The notes: generated from the letters alone by a model not told the origin. A stretch of DNA of 64,000 bases from Marsupella aquatica (GCA_973895155.1 OZ316891.1:9797875-9861874); one strand, 5' to 3'; shown: positions 51,240-63,507, counted from the first letter of the stretch. Translations and numbers: made by a program.

Positions 51240-51730
51240 ATCTCCTTAGTACTTGACAAAACTTGCCAATATTTGATTCATTGGAAAATTCAAGATCAAG
51301 ATTTAGAAACTCGTGATTTCTTTAGTAATGTCTTGATAAAATCTCTCAATGTCACTCATTGGAAAGCTACAGTAAAATTAAAAACTCATCATCTCTTTAG
51401 TACTTGAAAAAATCTATCAATGTTAGGTTCATTGGAAAGCTAGAGAAATTTAGATACTCGTGATCTCTCTATTTCTTGACAAATAATCTCAATGTCACAC
51501 ATTAGAAAGCTAACAAGATTGAAAACCTCTTGATCTTTTGAGTACCATGACAAAATCTGACATAAAATTTGTAAATGTCAGACTCAATGTTAGAAAGCTA
51601 AAAGAATTCATGAACTCATAATCAAAATTTCTTATACTAACACTCATTGGAAAGGCAAAGATATTCAAAAACCCATATGGAACTTGACAAATTTGTCAAT
51701 TTGAGGCTCATTGGAAACCCTTTCTCGATT
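51240..51730 (+). repeat. Degenerate ~70-78-bp minisatellite, about 7 units
   Basis: TCATT(G/A)GAAAGCT..AAACTC.TGATCTC..TAGTACTTGACAAAA recurring at about 51279, 51357, 51430, 51500, 51590, 51645 and 51709. Confidence 0.75.
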
Positions 51731-52813
51731 AAGAGATATCACAATCTCATCACCGTCACAAACTTAGCTGCTACAAATTGATTTCTTTGATTACGTCACC
51801 ATTTTTTGTCCACAATGCTTGCTTCCCGGCTTGAATTGTTCGCATCTCTTAGATAGTCTTCAACTAAAGCTCACTCTAAACACAGGTTGACGCCAAATGC
51901 AACCTCTATGTCAAAGAAACAATTGTTGGTCTTCCCCTCACACCATAGCTTTCTTAAATAAAAATAACTACAAATCCTTTGTTTGAAGTGATGGCTCGTT
52001 CGTTTTGTGTGTTCTTCCCACCAAATTGACAAGCGCTCTTTTGCCAACAGTTGAGTGTTGTGCTCTAGTCTGTCTTGTGGCGGTAATGCTCAATGTAACT
52101 CACAAATAATCAATCAAGAATGGTTGAACGATGATTTCTCTAATGTGTAAGCAAAACCTATAAGAAAACTCAATTCCTCCACATTCAACCTTCCATTTGA
52201 TAAATCTCTATCTTTTGAGCATTTGTTTTTGTATGAGCACACACCAACATCATTGGGAGACTCAAACCCGTTGGTTACCGCCTTGATGAAAATTGATTTC
52301 ACTTGATCACACAAACATTCCTTGGATGAACATGGGGGTCCACGGATTAATTTTGTGTTTAGAGACAAAACTAGTATGGTCTTTAAACATTTAGGGGTTA
52401 GTCTCCAGTGGGGTCTCCATTTGTCTGAAGTTTAGAGGTAATAAAACTGGGCTGCTATCTCCATAATGTTCATATATAGTTGCTTTGTTGAGATTGAATC
52501 TTTATTAGTGCATTCCACTAGATACAAATCTATGTTTGGATCTCCCTCATAGACAAATACTTTGCTGGATTTCTTTGACACCTATTTGCTAAATCGGCAC
52601 ACTGTCTTGCATTCAGAAACTATTAAATGTTTCTAATCTTTATACCACAAGACCATTATGACAGCCAAGAATTCAAACACTTGTAAAATTCTCCAAAATC
52701 CTTGAAGTGTTTGCCCTTTTGAAGTTGACTTGCCTTTGCTTCCATTACAAGCAATTGAACTAAGACACTTTGCATTATGTACTCTCAACAAAGAGTGTTC
52801 ATTAGAATAAAAA

Positions 52814-52817
<4 letters not shown>

Positions 52818-52847
<30 letters not shown>
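52818..52847. repeat. (TA)n microsatellite
   Basis: Direct reading. Confidence 0.9.
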
Positions 52848-52849
<2 letters not shown>

Positions 52850-53725
52850 ACAACAATTGATGACAACATTAAATTCTTACAGAATTTCTTATAGGCTTTC
52901 CCATCAGTTATCCTGGTCACGTCCTAAATCCATGTGCAATTGTGTCTTGTTTTTGGGCACGCTCTCTCTTGTAGTGATAATATGTCACATTAAAGAATGT
53001 CCACTTCAAATAGATCCCCTCTATGCCAAAGATGCACAATGAAATCAAAATCTCTAACATTTGATATCCATAAGTGTACCTCACACCACTACAATGTCAT
53101 CCAGATTGCATGCAAACTCTTACAAAAAGAGATTGAGCTTCCCAATAACCCCCAATACAATAGATTCCCCAAACCTCATGACTGACAGAAGTCATCGTGA
53201 TAGAATGTGAAACAATGAACATTTGGACTAAGTTATGTGAGGACAATTCAATCATGAAAATCTGAAGGTCACATAACACATATTGTCTTCACATCATTTT
53301 TGAATTCCTCAATTGTCGCTGTCACGGCACGGCCGACCCTAAACCAAACATTTGACGGTTTGGTAAAGTTTCTTGCACCCACAGACAGCTTCAGGTAGAT
53401 TGCAATTGCAACACACGCCATGTCATGAACTAGAAACTATCAAAGGGGGTCAATTGGGTAACAAACAGACTTTGGGGGGTCGATTGGGGCAGATCTGAAC
53501 ATAGGGGGTCGATTAAGTAGGAAACAGTTCAGAGGGAATTGATTAAGCAAATACCTAGAGCGGAATTCATAGGTTCTAGATGGGGTTCTAGATTCAACGA
53601 ACATGATTGGGGGTTAAATTAATATAATTCTCTAGTTCACTTTTGTATAGTCAGGTCTTGTTTAGGGGGGCCATGATGCCCGAAAAAAGGAATTAGCTAG
53701 AATTTTGAATGGGTATTAATGCTCA

Positions 53726-53873
53726 CTAGCCCCATGCCCGTGCTTTGCACGAAAGATGTGGAGGCCAGGGCAAGATGTCAAGGAGAGACAAAGATGTGGA
53801 GGCAAGGGAAAGATGTCGAGGAGAGTCAATGATGTCAAGGAGAGTCAAAGATATCAAGGAGAGGGCAAGATAT
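53726..53873 (-). mobile_element. Helitron-like 3' end with the same ~20-bp minisatellite as 1-340
   Basis: Minus strand reads ..CTTGACATCTTTGTCTC.. repeats, hairpin CGTGC-AAA-GCACG (53739-53751), 9-nt spacer, CTAG (53726-53729), then T. Confidence 0.65.
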
Positions 53874-53896
53874 TGTAGGATCAAAACAGACAGCAT

Positions 53897-56816
53897 TGTT
53901 GGGGATAATCCCTATCCCGAGACACCATGCACATGTGAACACATATAAAGTAGTCGACCATACACATGTGAACCCTTAGCAAAAAATACTGTGTATAGGG
54001 CCGGGCGAATGGCCGGGGTGAGTACGGGGGTCGAGCCGACTGTGTATGCAGTCGAAGGGCCGGGCCAGCGACTGCAGCCGGTGAGGAGCCATAAAACCGG
54101 GAGGGCTTGGGGGTCGAGCAGCGGGCTACAGCCCGCGGGTTGCAGGATGTACGGGCCAAACGGAGGGGCGTGCAACGGCGCAAAAGGTGCCGGCCGGCGC
54201 TACGTCGTCGCGCCTCAGCCGCTGCACGGCTGTGTATGCAAGCTCGGGAGGGGGCTATAGCCTGTGGCTTGTAGGCGTATGAAGGAGTATGCGGGGCCAG
54301 GGGAAAAAGACGTGTGTGTAAACACACCAATAAACAGCCCTACACTAAGCAAAAAATGGCGTTTAAGACACAAATTGCCGTGTTACAAACCTAGCCACTA
54401 TTTAGCTCGAGAAAGTGAAGGTAAAAGTTGCCAAATTGCACCGGCTTAGTCTGCAGCTTCAACAGAGAAAAAACTTCTGTCGCGTTGCACTCTCTCTGTG
54501 TCAAGTGCCAATCCCAAACTCAAAATGATCGCTTCGCCGTGATCTCTCTGTTGAGCCGTAGCACTTTGCGGTTCCTTCTTTGAGTCAGTGGTGGACCTCG
54601 CCACCCAGCGCCCTCACCAATCCCAGCACTTGCGCCTAAGTGCCCTTGGTGCCCCCGTTGGTGCCCGAACGCCTCCACGGAATACCTCAAGCAAGCATCC
54701 AAGTGCCTCTAGCACCACCTGCGGCCCCTCCCATACGAAGCCGCACTTGCTCACCTACATGACCGCTACTCAATGGTCCTCACTGTCTGCACAAGCAACG
54801 AAGCACCTCGGTAAGTAACCCTTTCGGATCTAGAACTCGCCAAGTCTAGCATCCTAACTCAAGCTCAACAGACGTTGGTAAATAGGTCAGCGATAGGTCC
54901 TCCCGATGCCATAAGCCGGAACCAGAACCCACGCCCATTGTCCGTCCAGGACAGCTCCTTCCTTGGGCGCGGCCCGGGTTCCCCCTCGTACCTATTCATC
55001 ACCAACTGACCACCCTGACCTCAGGACATGCTCATGGCCCAAATAGCGTAGCTTGTCCTAAAGCTTGTCCCAAGCTTGTCTCAACACGCCGGAACCAGAA
55101 CGGCCCCAACTCTAACAACCGCCCCCGGTTTGCCCCACTGATGGTCTAGGGACCGAGCGCTCTTGGGGCTCAGCCTCCATACCTACTTGGCCTTGCCTCC
55201 CCAACGCAAGCTCCCTTGGGAGACTGAACGCGGCTTGGTTGCTGTTCGGCAGGATTTGGCAAGCGGGCGAGCTAACACCTGAAAACCACGAGAACCCATG
55301 GCACCCCTGGACCCATCTGAGCTCAAGAGGACGTAGCCCTCTTCAAGAGCTTTCCAACGAACCCAAGAAGTCCTCCAACGGACTTCCCGTTGGGAAGATA
55401 TCACCATTTCCGTTTGGCGGTTTTCCTTAGTGTCGTGATCGCCGCGGCTCACGACTTTGGCTCGCCCTTAGCCCCCAGGGAGACACCACTCCCCTCATAT
55501 ATGCTTCTGGGGACCTGCCACCCCTGGACCAGCTTTGGTCCCTAAAACATTTGGCCCCCAACCCGGATCCTATCGCACATAATGGGTGCGCCACCAACTG
55601 GCAACGCCCATAACTTTCTTGATAGGCATCCGCAAGCGGAGTGCCTTAGCCCGTTGTGACCAGGCCGACCCAGTGCTCATGCCTAGGCCCTCAGGTCTGA
55701 TCGCCGCTCAGTGCCCCCGACCGGCCCAACCCGGATCGGGGGACAACTTTCCCCCCAAGCGTCCGTTGCCAATGGCGTCAATTTCATTGGCCTTAGGCCC
55801 AAGAGGAGCTCACTCCCAAGCCCTCAGAACTCAAAGTCCATCCGATGGTCCGGACAACGATCCTTGAACCCGACCCATTTCCCCTTGACCCAACCAGCCA
55901 TCGGCTAGTCCAAGTCCTTAGTGTGTGTCCCCAGCTTGGCCCCTTGCCTCGCTAGTGCCACATCTCATTGCCCACAAGTCTCCCCATGCTAAGTCCTCCC
56001 CGGATGGCCTATCCGGGCCTGGACCATAAGGGAGCTCGGCGTCGGAGTCAGCGACGCCCGAGCTAAGTATTAAGGTAGTCGAGTTCCGCGACTGAGTCAG
56101 ACGTCACAACAAGTAACCCGGTTCAGGGAGAAACAAACACCATAGCTTGTCAAAAAACCAGAACTCAACTCCTACTCGTCACGTCAAACTTGCACCGCAA
56201 ACGCCAGTAATCCAGGTACTAAAACGACCAGCTTGCTTCAACCTACAACTTGAGCTATTACATGCAACGCCTCGCGACCGCTCCCACAAAAATACCGTCG
56301 AACATGAAACTTCACAGACAAACGTTTTTTGCGATTACTCCTCACTCAGAAATCCGATCGATGATTTCTAATCGCCGTTAGAAAGCCCTCTCAACAATCT
56401 ATCCAATGAGCCCACCACCATCAAGTGTCATGAGACGAAAACTCCTGAGATCTTCAAACTGTCAACTACACAAGAAATTCTTGTCACTATAGTGGCACCT
56501 CCCAGACATGCTATGATACCACTTGTTGGGGATAATCCCTATCCCGAGACACCATGCACATGTGAACACCATACAAAGTAGTCGACACAGCGAGGACGTG
56601 GTTCACCTCATGACCGAGGCTACGTCCACGGGAAAGCAAGAGACCTTTACTTCTCTCTTGCCCAACTCAAACAATGAACTGAAGATCCACCAAGGACTGG
56701 CACCAGCCCTGGCTATATACACAACAACACTATTGCTAACCCTAGCTAAGTCTTAACCTGAGTTAGACTAACTACGGTTAGCTATAGAGTCACAAGACTA
56801 AGAGCAATACCTAGCA
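53897..56816 (-). mobile_element. Internally deleted copia element (family B, relative of A) lacking gag-pol
   Basis: TSD AGCAT (53892-53896, 56817-56821); intact 5' LTR 56524-56816; PBS TGGTATCATAGC (56510-56521); 5' UTR homologous to 5311-6310; only about 62 bp of the 3' LTR remain (53897-53958). Confidence 0.9.
54589..56092. mobile_element. Unclassified repeat 'X', copy 2, inserted in the 5' UTR of element B
   Basis: Flanked by direct repeat TGAGTCAG (54581-54588, 56093-56100); removing it restores the sequence homologous to 5760-5790; homologous to copy 1. Confidence 0.85.
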
Positions 56817-57003
56817 AGCATGACGTCTCATAATCATCACTCATACAACACTCGAGTACACTGACACAAAGATACGTGGTTCACCTCGTCAGGGCTACGT
56901 CCACGGCCGCACCAAGAGCTTATTGAAAAGTGAAAGATAGGAAGGCAGACAAGCTTATTGTTTGTTTTTAAATCAAAATGTTTCTATTGGCTGAACTCTT
57001 AGT

Positions 57004-57348
57004 TGTTGAGCATAGACTACATTCGCAACTGCAAGCCCATGAACCATCCAACGTACAAGAGTCGACACAGAGAGATACCTGGTTCACCTCCACATGAGGC
57101 TACGTCCACGGGAACACACAAGAGCTTTACTGCACTCTAGACCTAACGGCCATACCAAACATCCGTACAAGCTCTCCCTATCTCTCAACTAGCTCCGTAA
57201 CAATGAGCCTAGCTGAGTTCTACCAGGGTCTGGCATCAGCCCTGGCTTAATACACAACAGCACTACCGCTAACATTAGCTAAGTCCGAACCCGAGTTAGC
57301 CTAACTGTGGTTAGCTCATGAGTCACAAGACTAGAGCAATATCTAACA
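57004..57348 (-). mobile_element. Solo LTR (345 bp), mosaic of families A and B
   Basis: TG..CA ends; TSD TTAGT (56999-57003, 57349-57353); no PBS or PPT adjacent. Confidence 0.92.
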
Positions 57349-57404
57349 TTAGTTCAGCTTTTGTGACCAACCTCTTTGGTCAAGGACCAAACCTCTTTGG
57401 TCAA

Positions 57405-58237
57405 TCCCTTTTCGTATATGGGCTAGCACTAACCCAATACTAGGTTCCCACTGCCATGTGGTGAGTTGCAAGTGGCCAGGGTTAACCAGCCACTATCCCC
57501 GCTCACCGCCTCCCCTTTCCCCATAGCGACACTTATCAGGCAGGCCCAAGACCTGCAAAAATGCTTCAATTTTTTCTGAAATCCCCTCACAGAAACTCAA
57601 CACTTTCCCCCCATTGTTTTTACCCACAGAAACGCAACAAATCTTGCATTTGTTTTGCTCTTGTTTTTGTGAGCAAAAAGGTTCAGCCCCATCACCAGCC
57701 TTCGACAGCCCTGCAGTACATGACACTCCTGCAGCGCACGCAGGCCATCCATGATTGAGTGCTGGCCAAGGACAATGCAGCAGCAATCGATTGTCGACAC
57801 AGCAGCCATAGCTAGGTGCCGCACAGACTGCAGCACTTTCAATCGAGACAACAACTTTTCGAAGACATTTTCTGAGGCAATTTTTGTGCAAACTGTCACC
57901 TTCAACCTGTGAGCTCTTAATTGGAGGTGACCAGGGAGGGATGGATGTGTAAACATTTGCCCAGTGTTTTCTCACAAAAATCAAGCCAGAAACAAAATGC
58001 AACTGTTTTTTGTGAGTAAAGTAGGAGGAGCAAAGAGTGCGTCACTTTTGTAAGGGGATTTTTGGCAAAAACTGTTGAGGTTTTGCTGGTCCCTGACCTG
58101 CCCAATAAGCTCCACGATGAGGAAGTGGGAGGGGGTGACTTATGATTGTGGCTGGTTAACCCTGGCCACTCGCGAGTCACCACGTTGCAGTGGGAACCCC
58201 ATATTGGGTTAGTGCTAACCCAGATACTAAAATGGGA
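57405..58237. mobile_element. Foldback / long-TIR non-autonomous element (Mutator-like)
   Basis: 57405-57500 is the reverse complement of 58140-58237 with high identity (e.g. GGTTCCCACTGC, GTGGCCAGGGTTAACCAGCCAC); weaker inverted similarity extends to about 280 bp per arm. Confidence 0.8.
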
Positions 58238-59760
58238 GCAGGTTCACCAATAAATTTGCTTGTGGGACAGAATACTGAATTTGGGTAATTTTGGGGACAG
58301 GTTAGTTAAAAGCTGTATTCCAGAATGGAGTAAGTACATTAAATTGTTCAATTAAAGCTTGAATTATAACATACTTTTCTCTTGCATCTTGAGCTCTCCA
58401 TCTAAACATTCAAACGCTGATATCAATAGGATCTCAAAATGCTCTTTTATGAGTCAAACTTTCCCATTATAGAATTCCATAACAGTCTAGTTCAAATGAA
58501 TGGTCACATAGATTTGATGCAAATTTAGATATCCTATTTTAGTGAGTGTTTGATGAAAGTAAAATGGTCTGTTCAAAAAACAAAACAATGCAGCTCTAGA
58601 TATGTGCTCGGTTCTAAAACAGTCAGTTTTTTTCTGAACCAAAACTTACGTACTGGAGAAGAGTTCCCACTATAGATGCTGCTGGAGTCAGGTGAGAGTG
58701 TAGATGCAGACTGAGACATCCACACAATCAGATAATTCCCTCACTTGGTTTTAGGGGGGGGGGGGGGAGTGGTTGGGTGGGTTGCTTAAGTCAATTTGCC
58801 TTGCAAATCACTTGAGATGGAAGAGTTCTGGGAGTTGAACCTTAGATGGAAAAAATGTTTTACGTGATGCCCAAATGGACACACAAAACCCTGATGACAC
58901 AAATGTTAGACAAGGCGGGCTGAGCATGTAAGTGGTAATGGAAGGTTCGACTATGAGATTGGTAGCTGCTGCCCTTGATGGGCTTGGGAGTAGGCTGATC
59001 AGAATTTCGTTGTTGTTGAGTCTCGTTTTTGGAGCTAGCTTCGTCAGCCAATTCGCCAGATGGTTGTCTCGGTAATTGCAAATGATTCACGATCTAGAGG
59101 AAGAATCTATCACCAGTTGCTAACGCTTGTGGTGGTATTTTCGTCAAGGGTCGATTGGAACTTTGCACCAACATTTGTCCTCGTCCTTTCATTTGATTAC
59201 GATGGCTGGCTGATCGATGCGAGTAGGTTTCTCTCAAATTCTGGCACAGCTTAAAAAGCGCGGGTGCCTGTCAAGCGTGTAAGACACGGTTCTTCGTGGC
59301 TGCACAGCAGCTGCGAAGGCATTGACTAATTACAAATTTTACTCAATAGTGGGAGGAAAGTGTCTACGGAGTGGGGATCTCGGACCCTCGCACTTGAGTT
59401 CTTCCGATGGTCGTCATAGTTGCGACGCTAAGTTTGTTCCTTGTGAATTAATGGGAAAAGGGTGTATGCGGCAATTGATATGAGGATCATGTACAAGTTG
59501 GCGCTCTTGTCCTAGCATGTGTCCTGGGATGGTTTTACAGAGTTGGAGAGTATTTCCGGGCATCGTTCGTCAGGTTTGGCGGAGGCAAACAGTGGCTCGT
59601 AAAGAGAATCCAGACCAATGGAATTGTACAGATGTCTGTACGATGAGATGGCAAGGAGAGGAAACTGAAGTCAATGCTCAAGATTATTATTGCCGGACGT
59701 AGTGTCATGAAGCTGATCGCTCCGAACTCGGTGCGGGGACCGATGGTAGATATATTTACT

Positions 59761-62700
59761 ATGGTGATGGCCACAACGACTGTGGTCCACACACTGGTAC
59801 TCCTGACTGGGTTCTTCAGTCTCCGTGCTTCTGCACAATCGCCTCTTACTCCAATGAAGTGCTCCTCCGCATTTGCTAAGACGCCCTGCGATTCCTACCT
59901 GTACTTCATCAACTCTAATTCACAATTCTTATCTGATATTGCGACAAATTTCAATGTCGACCGGTCCGACATATTCGTTCTTCAGGAAGCTCTCCCTAAC
60001 ACCTACCTTATAAAGAAAAGATGTACCTGCGGTGACAATACCGGTTCTACAGCTGCTGAATTCTTTACGAAAGTAGTGTACACTCCGCGCTCTGCAGACA
60101 TAAATTTAAGGCCTGAAGATATTTATGGCGCCTTGGTTTACAGCAACGTTTCTGCGGGTTCTTCAAAGCAAAGAGAGTTTCAGCTTCTCTGTGGGTGTCC
60201 AATTCAAGGGTGGAATACAACGATTACGTATATCGTTGAAAATAACGACAATTTGCCTGCAGTTAGCCAAGAATTTAGTTCTAATACGTCTGCCATACAG
60301 ATGTTAAACAGTCTTCCTAACATGGGCTCCATCAGACCCGGTCACAATCTCTTCATCCCCACCAATTTCAGTAAGTTCTACAGCCGTTCTGTTTCAACAA
60401 TTCTACTCAAGCGATAGTTAATACGTTGGAGCTTTTGGTTGCTATAGCTAGGTGCACACTAGTCTGCGCTGGGAATTGTGTCACCCGGACTACCGTTTTG
60501 AAGGACTCATTTCTTGGAGAATGAATTGTCACCAGTAACATGAACTACTGTAGCAACCTTGAATCCTAGTAAGCATGGACTACGTTTAGTCATCACGACC
60601 GTTGTGTGCACCTACTATGATTAACAATCTTGTTTAGTTTCAATGGAAAGAGAGGAAGATTTTCGGACATGTGAAAGTCACGAATCCAGACCTTTGCTGA
60701 ATTAATGGCAAATAGGACAGAAAGTACTTGATATGACAATGGCAAATATGGTCATGAGGTCATTGAGACTGCTAGATCTAATAACAAACAACACTCTTGG
60801 TTTGACACTCCAAGAAGGGACATCAGTAGATGGTTGCCACTCATTAACTAATCGCAGATCAGGTCGGTGAGTTCCAACATCTAATGCGAAGTCGCACGGC
60901 TCAGCCTCAAAGCGTTTGATACGGGGTATCTTTGATGGGAAACCTATGGTTCTCCCTTCTTTCTCCCTCTAAATAGCCAGTCGCCATGGTCTAGCAATCA
61001 AGAAAAAGGAGCCCGATTGAGATTCTCATCCTAATTGTTTTCTGTGTTGTCTTTGTTGCCGATCGGTGCACTTGGCTGTGAACTTCGTTGGCTTGGATCG
61101 GAGTAGCACCATCTCATGTCGCACCTCAAGGTATGACAAGCTCATGATTGCATACTTAGCTATATTCTCTTGAAAAGTAGTCACATGATGCTCCTCTATC
61201 AAAGACTAGATGAAGGTGTCGTTCGTGGTTCGCCGCGGCTCTTTGGTAGCAGATTCCACTGTTGAGTATTAAGCCAACGATTCGTTCGAAAGATTTCCTT
61301 GAAGATTTCCTTTGGTCTTTGCAAAAATTATGAGTAAGCTGGGCTTGGCCATGTCGATCTAACAATATGACGTCACCTTTCCAAGATTGGTGATAACTTG
61401 CAGTTTTATACCATGAGCCCAAGTGTTACTGACATTTCAACACGCTCAACTGTCCCTTGCAGAAGCTACTCAACCATCCCCTGAAAAAAAAAAGAGCAAC
61501 GGTCTCGTGGCCGGGGTCATATCTGCAGTGGTGGTGCTCCTCGTCTTAGTCGTGATTACTGCATGTGTGTTTTGGTGGAGACGTGTAAGGAATCACACTG
61601 TGTACAGCCGTTCTAGTGTCGAACACTCCGGCGCTTCGCTGTCGGGGCCTTCCAAGGAACATGATGGAAGGTTTGGCTTCATCGGTAGCTGGTTTAATTC
61701 CCAAAGAGCAAAGAGTTGCGGTGTCAATAACAACGTCAAGCGCAGCATTACTCTTCCCAGAGGTAAGATCGATCTTGAAGTAGTTAGCAGAGGTGCTCAG
61801 TTACTGTCGGTTCGTGGTCGATCTGACCGTAATGTGATCGATTGCAATCGCGCAGCGAAGTTGTAGAGCTTACCATGAGCTAAAGTGCCTGGTGTCGATT
61901 CTGACGCTGACGACGAGGAAAGTCTCTCGTAACACTAGGCATGGTAACACGATACGTTCAGAACAAGTATCTTAGAAAATCATGGCGCTATCATTACCGG
62001 ATACATGCTCACTTCGCTATGCCACTAATTCATTTTTTAATTGGTACTTTATTTTCGACAGCTAGAAGCTTGCTTGAAGTCTCAGTTGAACGAGGATGTT
62101 GGTTGGGAAGAACCAGGATAATAACAACCCAGGTTGCTGTTCTCTCTTTCAGAGGCGATGGATGTCTTCGACCAAGAAAAGCCGATTATCTTTGCTTACG
62201 AAGAGATCATTGAAGCCACAGACAACTTCAAGGAATCTCGATTGCTCGGGCAGGGTTCTTATGGTGCGGTTTACTATGGAATTCTGCGCGAGCAGGTGAG
62301 TGAAATATATGCTCGTCGTGTATGAAATATGCCTCGATAGACAGTTCAAAAGCGATGGTACTGATCGATGATCGTTTCTTAGCATCTGCTTTCACGTCCC
62401 CAAACTCTACTGAAGATATACTACGACTGGTTTCTCTAATGCATAGACGTGCAATCTAAAACAATCAACTAAAATATGGGTTCCCGATTGATTGAAAAAC
62501 CAGTATGTAGTGTTTTGTTGGTCAATCTAGCAATAAAAGCGGTAAACGTACTCAGATATGTCTCAGGGTTTACGAAGGCAACCAAGGAAACGTCTGGGCG
62601 TCCCATTGTTTATAACCATTGGTCGGTGGGTCTCTACTAAAGCTATGATTCCATTACTCAAAGGGATTTCTAAATTTAAGGAAGTTTATACTGTGCAGAA

Positions 62701-63269
62701 TGTTGCAATCAAGCAAATGAAGACGACAAAGTCAAGGGAGTTCTATGCCGAGTTGAAGGTCCTCTGCAAAGTTCATCACACGAACCTGGTAAGGAAAATC
62801 TCGAGAAAATGGAAACGAAATCCCGAATAGGATCTTGTTTGCGGGGCTTGCCCTGATTCTACATTTCACCGTTTGTAGCATGTGAGTTCAAACAGATCAC
62901 GAATTTAATGTGATGGTTTGTAGAGTAGGACTGAATGATAGAGTCTCTCAATCAAAGGACACACGATTTCGCGGGCTGAACGATTGTCGCGAAAGTTGTT
63001 GCGTTGCTTCCCTCCGAAGTAGGTTAGAATCCATTATTGAATTTGCTATACGGTCCGGCTACTTACTGGGTAATAGATCATTCGATTCTTCGATGCAATT
63101 ACGTGACGCTCATCTTGTTGTTAACGACGTATGCTCCTATTTCTCACATGAATGCAGGTGGAACTACTTGGATATTCCGCAGGCGATGATAGTTTGTTTC
63201 TCATTTACGAATTTGCCGAGAATGGAGCGCTCAGTCAGTATTTACACCATACGAAAGGCAATCCTGCAG
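59761..63269 (+). CDS. LysM receptor-like kinase, LYK3/EPR3 (LYKII/III) group, partial (continues past the window). Exons 59761-60370, 61463-61762, 62153-62295, 62699-62788, 63158-63269
   Basis: Signal peptide; PMKC..C, CxC motifs (KRCTC, LLCGC); LysM3 TYIVENNDNL..LFIP; TM GVISAVVVLLVLVVITACVFWWRR; kinase LLGQGSYGAVYYG, VAIKQM, EFYAELKVLCKVHHTNLVELLGY; GT-AG phases consistent. Start codon uncertain (59709/59743/59761/59767). Confidence 0.93.
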
Positions 63270-63507
63270 GTATCTTCTCACTATGCAAACTTGTGAGGAT
63301 ATTTTGTAAGGGTCAAGTTTAAAATACAGTAAATCGAACGACTGGGGAATCCATCGCTTTCGCACGTCTTCCGACATTTTGCACACTTTGACTGACATTG
63401 ATTGGTCATTGATTTTCAAGTATGCTGGTTTTGAACACCAGGTTGAAGTCAATCGCCTATCGAAGTGGATTAACCCTTTCTGAGAGATATTCTTAGTAGA
63501 CCCCCTT

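Larger units (their letters stand above)
49100..53556 (-). mobile_element. Possible degraded Mutator-like element remnant with a terminal repeat block at 53440-53556
   Basis: Repeated GGGGGTCGATT motifs ending GATTAAGCAAATACCT (same terminus as the 63508-63665 foldback); broken minus-strand frames (FFDIEVAFGVN, ILFVDGA) loosely transposase-like. Confidence 0.3.

Noticed and set aside
51240-51730. Repeat-spacer-like periodicity (CRISPR-like)
   Set aside because: Eukaryotic context, whole units are homologous and degenerate, there are no unique spacers and no cas genes.
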